NCBI GenBank assembly: GCA_048884965.1
Contig: JBHLQH010000039.1
Coordinates: 1-25,232 of the forward strand
Source of the DNA: Candidatus Thorarchaeota archaeon
GTDB lineage: Archaea > Asgardarchaeota > Thorarchaeia > Thorarchaeales > Thorarchaeaceae
Direction of reading: 5' to 3'
DNA: 25,232 bases
Below are positions 16,156-25,109 of the stretch, piece after piece (the first letter of the stretch is position 1; each line of letters starts with the position of its first letter). The position numbers and the translations under genes are program-made. The notes beneath the pieces are model-generated. The model was not told where the DNA came from. It did no database searches and was given only the letters and a program-made list of their open reading frames with translations.

Positions 16156-17670
16156 TCACCACACATAGGTTCCGAACAATTGTATAAGAACTGCTTGAAT
16201 GAAAACTACTGAGAGAAGAATCAGCTGTTGCCTTTTGGAATATCCCCCTGTGTCAATTCGATACAATACTGGCAGTAATACGAATGGAAGGATGAACATA
16301 CAGATCCTAGCCGTTTCACCTTTCTTCGGGGCACCAGTCAAGAATAACAATGCGAGTGCGAGGAATGATGCGATTACAAATAGTAGCATCTTTTGGTTCT
16401 CAGATGATAACTCCGCAGCTCTTAGTTCCTTTATACCTCTGTAGCAAAGGGCGATAAGAACCGGTCCTAGAAATATCAGGATATCCAGAACATCTTGAAT
16501 CCGAGTTACGAAGTACTGCAGCGGATTTGAAATCAGCATGAAACCTTCAGGATTCTCAGAAGCGCTGGCATACAGAAAGGCCGAAACGTAATTGAATCCA
16601 ATGGTCAATTCTAACAGAGCATAGATCGCTATGATAGAAACTCCAACTGACAGGGGTTTGAGAATACTCTCGATGATTGCCAGCATGGAATCATGTTCCG
16701 CCTTCTGAAATTCCACGATGCATCCTAGGACTTCATACAACAGAAATGCTAGTGGAATCGTAAGAAATAGAAACGATGTGAAGGACCCCAAGAAAATCGT
16801 ACTGATAAGACCTGCATAGCTAATCATGACATTCTCGTGCATATAGAAATACAAAGCTAGAACAGCAAGTGTTGAAACTATGGCATAAATATTGGCAAGG
16901 TAGTATACTTGGATAGCTGGTAGGATTCCAAAGAGAAACGCTCCCAATGTTGAAATATCCTCAGAAAGGAATTTCGAGAAGATTCGTTTGAGAGTGAATA
17001 TGGATACTACTGTGCATATACTAGCCAAACCAATAGCAATACCGGCAGGGTTTCCAAACAGTAGATATAGTATGTAGATAGCTACGACTGCTCCGGGCGG
17101 CTGCGTCAATGCATGTGTCGTAAGTGTAGGCTGGAGTGTTTCGTAGTTCGAGATGAACTCTACAATGGAAGTAATACCAACTGCATCCTGATATATCCCA
17201 TCTGGGCTACCTATCGAATTGACAATTCCTGCTTCCCATCCTTGAATCAAGTTTGTGAGAAGTATTGTAGAAATACTGAAGATGATAATTGCGAATACTT
17301 TCAAACGAGTCGGGACGCGTGGATAGATTTTCCATATGAAGAGTAGTGAAAAAGATATGATAGAGATTCCTAACAAGATTTGCCAGATATTTGGCATTGT
17401 GAGAGTCCCCCAGATTGGCCATGAATTCATGAATGATTTGAGTCCCCCACCTTGATTTGGCGGCTGTTGCGGTGGCAATCCGCTCGGATCTCCGGGAGGT
17501 GAAGTGGGGCCGGGTATTACGCTTGGCGTTAGTTGTCCGAATATGAGGTGATAGATGACAGTAATTATCCCTATTCCTAGAATAATGAGAGCATAATCAC
17601 GCAGATGGGTCTTATCGAAGATTCGTCTTTCTTCAACGGAATGATTTGAAAGAGCATTCATGGTTATCAT
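16156..17670 (-). CDS. Polytopic membrane protein, probable GT-C-fold glycosyltransferase
   Basis: About 12 TM segments, extracytoplasmic loop with HALTQPPG, late GETARI motif. This layout resembles lipid-linked-donor (GT-C) glycosyltransferases. Confidence 0.55.
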   Translation of the reverse strand: MITMNALSNHSVEERRIFDKTHLRDYALIILGIGIITVIYHLIFGQLTPSVIPGPTSPPGDPSGLPPQQPPNQGGGLKSFMNSWPIWGTLTMPNIWQILLGISIISFSLLFIWKIYPRVPTRLKVFAIIIFSISTILLTNLIQGWEAGIVNSIGSPDGIYQDAVGITSIVEFISNYETLQPTLTTHALTQPPGAVVAIYILYLLFGNPAGIAIGLASICTVVSIFTLKRIFSKFLSEDISTLGAFLFGILPAIQVYYLANIYAIVSTLAVLALYFYMHENVMISYAGLISTIFLGSFTSFLFLTIPLAFLLYEVLGCIVEFQKAEHDSMLAIIESILKPLSVGVSIIAIYALLELTIGFNYVSAFLYASASENPEGFMLISNPLQYFVTRIQDVLDILIFLGPVLIALCYRGIKELRAAELSSENQKMLLFVIASFLALALLFLTGAPKKGETARICMFILPFVLLPVLYRIDTGGYSKRQQLILLSVVFIQAVLIQLFGTYVW

Positions 17671-17704
17671 GCGATTCTCTGATTTTCCACTATATACTGA
17701 TTTA

Positions 17705-17750
17705 CCAAATTGAGACCCAAATCAAACCCAAATCTCTAGGAAATTGGGTT
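17705..17750. promoter_or_regulatory. CCAAAT direct repeats (11-12 bp period) upstream of the TATA box of the GT-C-like gene
   Basis: CCAAAT at 17705, 17717 and 17728 (ACCCAAATC exact at 17715 and 17726), partial inverted copy AATTGGGTT at 17742-17750; TATATA at 17691-17696. Confidence 0.45.
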
Positions 17751-17756
17751 GCGGTT

Positions 17757-18971
17757 TCACAGGTTACGATGTATCTTCATAGCAGTTCTGCATGCACTTG
17801 AATATCCTGCACGAACGCTATCAGCTGTTGCAATGATAGTGCAAACCGGATCCCCTCTATTGACAACAACTCCCTTCGGTGAACGATCAACGGTGGAAGG
17901 ATATCTCGCTAAATCTGGTACGACTCCATCCTTTCTAGCGTATAGAATCATCTTGACCGTTGGTTGCCATGATGGAATAGTATCGGTGAAAGTCCCCTCT
18001 ACGGCATCGAGATGCATTCTCGTGACTGATGTATTACCTGCTCTCTCTAGCATCTCCAAAGTACCTTGAATTCTAGGATTCACTTCAAGAAGTACTATCT
18101 CGGATTCATTGCTGAGTACAAAATCAAGCCCATTGGATCCTACGAGACCTAATTCATTCACGAGAATTTCAGAACACTCAGTGATTGAGGTGAGTATTGA
18201 TGCTTCCAAAGCAATCGGTATATAGTTGCCACAATAAACGAAATCACAATTTCGACCTGCGGATGGAATTCCTACAAGCTGGCCTTGAATCGAGAGTACC
18301 TTCGCTTGATCTGCTGTTGCCAGAACACTTGCACTAATGTCTCTACCACCAATATATTCCTGAACAATCAGCTCGAACTTCTCTCGTTTAGATAGATATT
18401 CCTCCAATTTCCCAGAGTCGGCAAAGATCCTTATACCAGAACCGCCTCCTGATGTATATGGGCGTACCACACAGGGAAAACCAATTTTGGCGGTTTCTGT
18501 CATAACCTGATCAAATGATGAGCAGTATCGTGATAATGGCATCCTAATGTCAAGTTTGGTTTCCTCTAGAATCTGCTTTATGCGGTCCTTCTGTCTTGCA
18601 TTAGACATCTGGATAACTGAATTTCCTGTAAGACCGAATTGCTTCTGGATATCTAACAATGATTCCGAGTGGTCGTCAAACCCACTGCCTATTAGAATAT
18701 GGTCAAGATCAATTTCCGAGAACGCTGCTAAGAAATTCTGAGACAAGGAAACATGAACAGGATTCTCTAATGATCCCCGCTGTCTACTTCCAGGTAAGGG
18801 GCTAAGCACGGCAATCCATTCATCTGAGCATGCAGCAAGGTCACTATCTCCCCAGTAATCTGAAACATAGGTGGTGCCACCCAATGCCTTGATGGAAGAC
18901 GCAATTGGTCTTGCATTAAAACCGATTATTCCTACTTTTCTACCTTTGAGACTCAGCTCTTGCCCAAGCAT
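17757..18971 (-). CDS. ATP-grasp ligase (COG2232-like predicted carboligase)
   Basis: 'DYWGDSDL', 'IGSGFD', 'GN', 'PCVVRPYTSGGGSGI', 'QEYIGG', 'YCGN', 'GSNGLDF', 'LEVNPRIQGT', 'GDPVCTI'. Confidence 0.85.
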   Translation of the reverse strand: MLGQELSLKGRKVGIIGFNARPIASSIKALGGTTYVSDYWGDSDLAACSDEWIAVLSPLPGSRQRGSLENPVHVSLSQNFLAAFSEIDLDHILIGSGFDDHSESLLDIQKQFGLTGNSVIQMSNARQKDRIKQILEETKLDIRMPLSRYCSSFDQVMTETAKIGFPCVVRPYTSGGGSGIRIFADSGKLEEYLSKREKFELIVQEYIGGRDISASVLATADQAKVLSIQGQLVGIPSAGRNCDFVYCGNYIPIALEASILTSITECSEILVNELGLVGSNGLDFVLSNESEIVLLEVNPRIQGTLEMLERAGNTSVTRMHLDAVEGTFTDTIPSWQPTVKMILYARKDGVVPDLARYPSTVDRSPKGVVVNRGDPVCTIIATADSVRAGYSSACRTAMKIHRNL

Positions 18972-19083
18972 TTGCAAGTAATCGTATTCTCTCCTGATAA
19001 GGATTAGTTCCTATCATCTATACAACCTATCAAGAATCGTGCACCTAATATATGCCCTAACAGCATTATCACGTGGGAGTTTG

Positions 19084-20604
19084 ATGGGAACAATGGATAT
19101 CGAAGAGATAATCAGATTCCGAGATTATGTCCTCCTAGAATCCGCGGCTGAGGAATATATCTCTCAAGGTCAGTGGAGTGAGCTTCTTGAGACCGTGAGT
19201 TTGACTAGGCCTATTGGAAAAGGACGAGATGCCCTTGTGCATCTTCTGAATCTTGAATCCGTTGGAGGGACTGATTCAGATATCTTCGAGGAATTCAGTA
19301 CTCTATCAGGTTCGAACCTCTTTGAGATCCGAGCAGAGGCAATCTCGAAGACCATGTCGTTATTGAGGTCTCAGATAGCCAACAGGAACACTTTCTTTAT
19401 TGATGCAGAGATGATGACGGCCAGTCCCTTTGTTCTGCTCTATGAGGATGTTATGTCCTCCCGTTTGAAAGAACTAGACGAGTTATGCAAACATCCAACT
19501 CGAAATGATCTATTGAAAACCTTCTATGGCTTTACACTACTAACTACAAGTGAAAATGGAACTGCTAGTGACACACAATCCCCTTATAGAAGATACTGGC
19601 GACGACGCAATTATACCAGTCGTCCACGTTTGGGACAAGAAACTGTACAAGCTATCAATGAAATCATGAAGGATTTGAGTTCAGAGATTCAATTGAATGA
19701 TACCTACGAAACACTAGGAAGCTCATACTTTCTAAGGGAAAAATGCAGCCATTTGACAAGCAGTATCCTTGCCAATATCATCCGACTGTGTCTTTATATG
19801 ACACCTTGGGACCGTGGTCGAGCTGCATCAGATTTAGGACGACTGGGTGATTCTCGACCATTGGAGTATTTACATAACAGGATTGAGATTGAGCCAGATC
19901 TCAAGACAAGAGCTGCAATTGCAAGAAGTATAGGCGCAATTGGAAATCCCAATTCTTTCGACATTCTAAAGAAGCAGGTCAGTATAACGGGCAGAAGTAC
20001 GAACGCTTTGGCAGTAGCTGCCACAGAAGGGATAGGCGGAATATATTCCGATGAAGCAACCGAATTCCTGAAGAACTTGCTTCAGAAATCACAATACCTC
20101 ATAGTTGAGGCTGCGATTGGAGGCCTACAACAGAGAAGCCTCAAAGCATTCCCTAAAATGCTGCAATCACTTCTCAAATCTTCAAGTATCATCATTGTAC
20201 GAAAAGTAGTTGGAGCGCTTTTGGAGGATGATAAAGATGGTCACCGCATTTTGGTGGATTCAGCTCCGATTGTCATAAAGAAACTCTACAAGAATAGAGC
20301 ATCAAGATACATACTGAATCGATTCCTTTCTTTGAAGGAAATTCAAGAATCAGAGGAGATACACAAGTTCCTCGCTACGAAGATACGAGGGATACACGAT
20401 GATCGAATGAAAATCTATCGTAGCAAACAGAGCAATTGGTGGACAGGTCGAAGATTAAGAAGATACAATAATCAATTGCAAGAGATGGTTAACTTGGTTC
20501 TCAATAATATTCAATCTCCACTGCCGTGGGAACTTGATAAGGTTATTAGAGAGATAATGTCTCATACACAAATGGAACTACGAATTCCTATCCGAATGAG
20601 GTAA
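19084..20604 (+). CDS. HEAT-repeat (PBS-lyase-type) protein
   Basis: Tandem repeats RGRAASDLGRLGD / RAAIARSIGAIGN / AVAATEGIGGIYS / VEAAIGGL. ATG 19084 preferred over GTG 19039. Confidence 0.8.
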   Translation: MGTMDIEEIIRFRDYVLLESAAEEYISQGQWSELLETVSLTRPIGKGRDALVHLLNLESVGGTDSDIFEEFSTLSGSNLFEIRAEAISKTMSLLRSQIANRNTFFIDAEMMTASPFVLLYEDVMSSRLKELDELCKHPTRNDLLKTFYGFTLLTTSENGTASDTQSPYRRYWRRRNYTSRPRLGQETVQAINEIMKDLSSEIQLNDTYETLGSSYFLREKCSHLTSSILANIIRLCLYMTPWDRGRAASDLGRLGDSRPLEYLHNRIEIEPDLKTRAAIARSIGAIGNPNSFDILKKQVSITGRSTNALAVAATEGIGGIYSDEATEFLKNLLQKSQYLIVEAAIGGLQQRSLKAFPKMLQSLLKSSSIIIVRKVVGALLEDDKDGHRILVDSAPIVIKKLYKNRASRYILNRFLSLKEIQESEEIHKFLATKIRGIHDDRMKIYRSKQSNWWTGRRLRRYNNQLQEMVNLVLNNIQSPLPWELDKVIREIMSHTQMELRIPIRMR

Positions 20605-20708
20605 ATCTCCAAGGAAATCAAAATGGTGTTAAGAAATACACACTCTAGGAAAGCTTATACCTGAGCAGTATCTGAAAGAAACGTAGCTTCGTCCATAGAG
20701 GGAACTTC

Positions 20709-22289
20709 ATGGCTGAAAAGAAATTAAAGGATGATGAAAAAGCCAAGATGCAGAAGGCCTTGAAAGAGGCATCTCTTACAGAGAAGGACATCCTTCGTTT
20801 GGCAGAAGGCGAAGATGAATGGGGCACATCTTCACCTGTTGAATCCGGAGATGAGATGATATCAGCAGCCGCTTCTGCCCTAGAGTTTGTTGAAGGATTA
20901 GACTCACAAGAGTCGAAGGCAGTATCTCTAAGCGAAGGTGGCGAAGCTGCGGCTGGTTTTGATTCTCTACTTAAGAAATTAGCAACCATGAGAGGAGAGA
21001 TAGCCGCTCTGCAACGAGGTGTCGTAGGTATATTCGCTGCTCAATTGCTAACATTCAGGGGCAAGGTTGTGGACCTCAAGTCAATAATATCTGAGGACAT
21101 GGTAGAGAAGTTGCGTATGCCTATGTTCAAGAATGTAATTGAATCGACTTTTGTGGATATCGTCGATACTGAATTTGCGGCACTTGAGAAAGAACTAGTA
21201 GATAAGATTGTAGACCAGACTCAGGAACGATTCAAGGAGTTCGCTACTACAATTAGGGAATCGGAAACTGAGCTTAGAGCAACAATCGTACAACAGCAAG
21301 ATATTGTTCGTTCATTCATGCAGAGCCTAGAGGAAGAAGCATTTGCGTCCGGAGATACTCTTAAGGAAAAAGATCAAGAGATAAAGAAACTGGAGTCTGT
21401 GATCAAGCAGCTCCAGAAGCAACTGGATGAAGGCCGATCATTTGATGTGGCCAAAGAAGAGATGAATCGTCAGATTGCTGACTTCGAAGCTGAGATATCG
21501 GAGCTAAGAGAGAATCTGTTCCGGAAAGACACTACTATAGAAGAACGAACAGGCGAAAGGGATGCAGCCCGTGCAGAGATTGAAGAGATCAAGATTCAAC
21601 TTGCTGAATCACGATCACAGCTAGAGGTGTATAAGAAAGCAGAGAGTTCTAAGTCAACTGCATCACCTGCCGCAGAAGCTGAACTAAAGGCACTTGAATC
21701 CAAAGTAGAACTCCTTGAGAAAGCACTTGCCGATAAACGGAAAGAGAATGAATCTCTAAACTCTAAAATCAAAGAACTAGATAGATCGGTTATTGCGACT
21801 AAAAAGGAAAAGGAAACCTCTGAGAAAGAAGCACAGAGCCGTCTAGCAGAAATTGAATCTATGCAATCAAAGTTCGCCGAAGTGAAAGAACTTGAACAAA
21901 AGGTCTATGATTTAGAAAATGATCTGAAGGAAGCTGAACGGAAAGTTCCGATCGTAGAGATGCAACGCGAGGCTTTTGAGAAAGCGACGCGATTGATGGA
22001 AAAAGAACGTGATATGGCATTAGAGATGCGTGATTTGGCAGAGGAGCGCGCTAAAAGATACATCAAAGTACTCAACATCGAAGCGAGTACGAAAGTACTA
22101 CTTCTGGTTGATGAGGTTGGTAGAATGTCATTTGCCGATCTAGGAAAAGCATTGGGTATAGTTCCGGGATTAGCGGCAAAGCATGCAAGAGAGCTTGCTA
22201 AATTGGGTGTTCTCAAGGTTGAAAACGAGATGGCAATATCCACACTTAGAGATATTGAGATCAAGGAAGGAGAAGTTAAGGTAGACTAA
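20709..22289 (+). CDS. Long coiled-coil protein with acidic head and C-terminal winged helix-turn-helix
   Basis: E/K-rich heptad pattern over most of the central part. C-terminal 'TKVLLLVDEVGRMSFADLGKALGIVPGLAAKHARELAKLGVLKVENEMAIS' fits a wHTH. No Walker motifs. Confidence 0.8.
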   Translation: MAEKKLKDDEKAKMQKALKEASLTEKDILRLAEGEDEWGTSSPVESGDEMISAAASALEFVEGLDSQESKAVSLSEGGEAAAGFDSLLKKLATMRGEIAALQRGVVGIFAAQLLTFRGKVVDLKSIISEDMVEKLRMPMFKNVIESTFVDIVDTEFAALEKELVDKIVDQTQERFKEFATTIRESETELRATIVQQQDIVRSFMQSLEEEAFASGDTLKEKDQEIKKLESVIKQLQKQLDEGRSFDVAKEEMNRQIADFEAEISELRENLFRKDTTIEERTGERDAARAEIEEIKIQLAESRSQLEVYKKAESSKSTASPAAEAELKALESKVELLEKALADKRKENESLNSKIKELDRSVIATKKEKETSEKEAQSRLAEIESMQSKFAEVKELEQKVYDLENDLKEAERKVPIVEMQREAFEKATRLMEKERDMALEMRDLAEERAKRYIKVLNIEASTKVLLLVDEVGRMSFADLGKALGIVPGLAAKHARELAKLGVLKVENEMAISTLRDIEIKEGEVKVD

Positions 22290-22637
22290 TCAAAAGGCTA
22301 TCGTCCGGTCCCCTTCATTGTATGATTCTACGATATCTGCCCAATACTTACCAATCTTGGTCATCGAGGATGCAAAATCCTTTGCCATCCTATACTCACC
22401 CATTCTTTTCTCAACAAGGCCAACATCCCTAAGTTTGCGCATCACTTTGACATAGAGACCCCTACTACTTAGCACGAACCGTTCCCATTCATTATCTGGA
22501 ACAACTCCGTTTGACGACATGATCTCATTCAGAATCTTTGCGGCCTGCGTCACCTGCATTTCAGTGAAGAATACATATCTCAGTAGGTGGTTTGGTTGGA
22601 TTAGTGAAGGTCGCCTAACCAAGTCTATCTTAGCCAT
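22290..22637 (-). CDS. Small winged-helix protein
   Basis: 'SRGLYVKVMRKLRDVGLVEKRMGEYRMAKDF' matches a recognition helix plus wing, followed by an amphipathic helix. ATG 22637. Confidence 0.7.
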   Translation of the reverse strand: MAKIDLVRRPSLIQPNHLLRYVFFTEMQVTQAAKILNEIMSSNGVVPDNEWERFVLSSRGLYVKVMRKLRDVGLVEKRMGEYRMAKDFASSMTKIGKYWADIVESYNEGDRTIAF

Positions 22638-22686
22638 TTGCACTCGCCAAGAGTTGTAGATGACTTTAGGAATATCAGACCAAGTA

Positions 22687-23667
22687 TTACGTTTTGACTT
22701 TCAATCCTTCAACCATGAGTAGAGGAATGACTATGATTATGAACACAGCAACTGCGATCACGGTCTGTGAAGCGAGACTAAACGTACTGAATTGTGACAG
22801 TAGAATTCCTGCTAATATTGTCCCTAGAAAAGGGAGAAGATTGTATGGCGTTCTCAGACGTCCCATTGCTGTAATCATTATGAAGAATCCATATGCAATC
22901 GCCGCGAATCCTATCGCTAGAGCGAACATCACAGCCAGCAACTCAAAGAGACCATACAGAAGGAGCCCTGCTATGGGAACGAAATATGCTACAACCAGCC
23001 AAATGAAATTGAATAGTATAATGAATTTCAGACCTGGAAGGGCATTTCGTATGTCCACATCTGAAGGGGCATTGCTAAACATTATTGTCATCGCAAGAAA
23101 AGCAACAATCCAGAATAGAGGATTGATAACAGTGAGCTCTGCAAATGTATAGAAAAAGCTATAGACAAAGCTCCCTATTGCCACAAGTGGTCCAGTGGCG
23201 TCTGCTAGAAGGATTGGATCTGTTTTGATGTTTATAAGCTGCTGCAAGAGCGCGATTGCCTCGCCTCCTAGATGTGCATCAGGAATGAGGTATGTAGCGG
23301 CGAGCGCGAAGAATGTCAGCAGGATCAAAGATACACCTACTGGAGCTAAATTAATGACTGTGCGTTTCAATGTGCTTGATGGATTGACGTACTTCACATA
23401 TCCTAAAACGACTTGATCTCCTTCTACTGAGATATTGATAGGCTTGAATTCTACAATCTCAGTACCTGTAAAAACGCACCCCAAAGCATGGGATGATTCG
23501 TGCAGAGCGACACCAGGTCCAACGAGCCCATACCATGCTCGTGAACCAGGTTTTCTAGTTGTCTGCAATGCGATCTGAGACAATCGCTCCAATAGCCAAC
23601 CAAGACCCCATACCACGAAGAATAACAGAAATGCAATCAGGACAATTGTGAAGTACGCATTCATCAT
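22687..23667 (-). CDS. M50-like intramembrane zinc metalloprotease
   Basis: GVALHESSH (HExxH) next to a TM segment, GYV, 'LAP', distal NAPSDVD Asp motif; about 8 TM segments. Confidence 0.8.
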   Translation of the reverse strand: MMNAYFTIVLIAFLLFFVVWGLGWLLERLSQIALQTTRKPGSRAWYGLVGPGVALHESSHALGCVFTGTEIVEFKPINISVEGDQVVLGYVKYVNPSSTLKRTVINLAPVGVSLILLTFFALAATYLIPDAHLGGEAIALLQQLINIKTDPILLADATGPLVAIGSFVYSFFYTFAELTVINPLFWIVAFLAMTIMFSNAPSDVDIRNALPGLKFIILFNFIWLVVAYFVPIAGLLLYGLFELLAVMFALAIGFAAIAYGFFIMITAMGRLRTPYNLLPFLGTILAGILLSQFSTFSLASQTVIAVAVFIIIVIPLLMVEGLKVKT

Positions 23668-23683
23668 ATCATCACTTCTCTAT

Positions 23684-24163
23684 TTAATCGATGCCAAGCT
23701 CTCGTTTTTTCTCTTCTTCGACCTTGCCAACTTCTTCAGCTTTTATTTTCTCCATCTCTTTAGCTTTTTCTTTCTTTGCCTTCTCTACGATTTTTCTCTT
23801 TCCTTTCTCTATCTCATCAATACGCTTCACTTTTGTCTTTTCAGCGTTCTTGATTCTGTTCCTAAGGACATCTACTTTCTTCTTGACAATGGATATTTCT
23901 TTGTCCTTTCCTCCTGAAGCCTTCTTGTATCTCTTATCAGCGTCCTTCCAGATAGTTTCAGCTTCTCGGGCTCGTTTTCGAAGTCCTTCATATGTATCTA
24001 GTTTTGCTTTCGCTTCACTTCTTAATCGTTCGATCTCCCCGTCCAAGCGTGCTCCGATTCCAGCTAATTCAGATTCAGCTTGTTGAAGTTCTTGCTTGAA
24101 CTTCAAAATATCCGAGTCGATCTTACGAATTTTCTTATCATCTGAGTATTCTGAATCTGACAT
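23684..24163 (-). CDS. Highly charged coiled-coil protein
   Basis: K/E-rich, all-helical, no Pro; ends 16 nt upstream of the protease gene. ATG 24163. Confidence 0.75.
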   Translation of the reverse strand: MSDSEYSDDKKIRKIDSDILKFKQELQQAESELAGIGARLDGEIERLRSEAKAKLDTYEGLRKRAREAETIWKDADKRYKKASGGKDKEISIVKKKVDVLRNRIKNAEKTKVKRIDEIEKGKRKIVEKAKKEKAKEMEKIKAEEVGKVEEEKKRELGID

Positions 24164-24202
24164 AGTAATCAACACCACATTAGTAACCGTGCTATTTCAC
24201 TC

Positions 24203-24817
24203 TTGTCCATCCCAATATCTGAACTTGACAAACTTGATAACCGCCTACGGAAAGTTAGTTGTACATTATTATCGGTGGGTTCAATGATCACATATACGAA
24301 TATCAAATACTCTGATTTCTTCAGTTTCTTCAACGTTCGTGAAACCAGCAAAGTGAAGCATGGTGATAACGTTACAATCAAACTCAAACCAGGTGGATTT
24401 CAAGAATTCATTGACATCGAATTCATTATTGACTCTGATGAATTCCTAACAGAATCGAATCTGTGGTTAGATAGATCTTGGATCGGGAATGAAGATCGCC
24501 TAAATGTATTTGCAAAAGATATTGCGAAAAGCTATATTCGAGATATGATTGTCATTGACCTGCAAGATCAGGTGGCGACTATAGTAGATATTCTATTCCA
24601 AGTCAAAGGAGAAACCGATCATATCATTACGATAAGTGGTGATGATCCACCATCAATACAAGATGTGTATGTTCCTGAACTACGATCTTTGGTTCGAACG
24701 TTTGCGGGTCTGGAACCGTCATGGATATTCGAAACATCCGAATTCATTATTCAAATGGATAATACGGATAATGAAGGACGAGAACGTCTACGTATAAGAA
24801 TCCAGTACAAGAAATAG
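24203..24817 (+). CDS. Hypothetical protein
   Basis: Single long ORF in the gap with globular composition (KPGGFQEFIDIEF, LDRSWIG). Start uncertain: TTG 24203 or ATG 24284. Confidence 0.7.
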   Translation: MSIPISELDKLDNRLRKVSCTLLSVGSMITYTNIKYSDFFSFFNVRETSKVKHGDNVTIKLKPGGFQEFIDIEFIIDSDEFLTESNLWLDRSWIGNEDRLNVFAKDIAKSYIRDMIVIDLQDQVATIVDILFQVKGETDHIITISGDDPPSIQDVYVPELRSLVRTFAGLEPSWIFETSEFIIQMDNTDNEGRERLRIRIQYKK

Positions 24818-24826
24818 CTGATGATA

Positions 24827-25105
24827 CTAGCTCTCTATCGCTTGCAGAATAGCAAAAGTGAAATCATTTACCGAAGCTCCAATCAATTTGGCATCCATTG
24901 AAGCAATGGCTTCAGTGATCGTCTCCAGGATTTTCTCCTCATCGGTATTGCACCCTCTCAGTTTCTCTTCGATTCTTAGGATACATTCCTCTGGGTGCAG
25001 GAAGAAATCTCCTGTGATCACAATATCCTGAATTTGATTCTCATTAACTGATACTTGGATTTTGATGAGCTTTCCTTCGGGAACCTTGTACGTAAAGCGC
25101 TTCAT
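24827..25105 (-). CDS. lplB: Stand-alone lipoate-protein ligase C-terminal accessory subunit
   Basis: 'KVPEGKLIKI...IVITGDFFLHPEECILRIEEKLRG'. ATG 25105, 4 nt after the upstream stop. Confidence 0.88.
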   Translation of the reverse strand: MKRFTYKVPEGKLIKIQVSVNENQIQDIVITGDFFLHPEECILRIEEKLRGCNTDEEKILETITEAIASMDAKLIGASVNDFTFAILQAIES

Positions 25106-25109
25106 AGAA

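Noticed and set aside
17736-17759. Possible selenocysteine readthrough of the ATP-grasp TGA stop
   Set aside because: It would add only six more residues before a TAG, there is no redox-motif context, and no SECIS-like element was recognised.
20709-22289. SMC/Rad50 annotation for the long coiled-coil protein
   Set aside because: No Walker A/B, ABC signature, hinge or zinc hook.
194-24387. Numerous short antisense or overlapping ORFs in the six-frame track (e.g. 5847-6155, 20645-20989, 22694-23152, 23691-24086)
   Set aside because: Shadow frames of well-supported genes, with compositions mirroring the sense-strand codons and no motifs.
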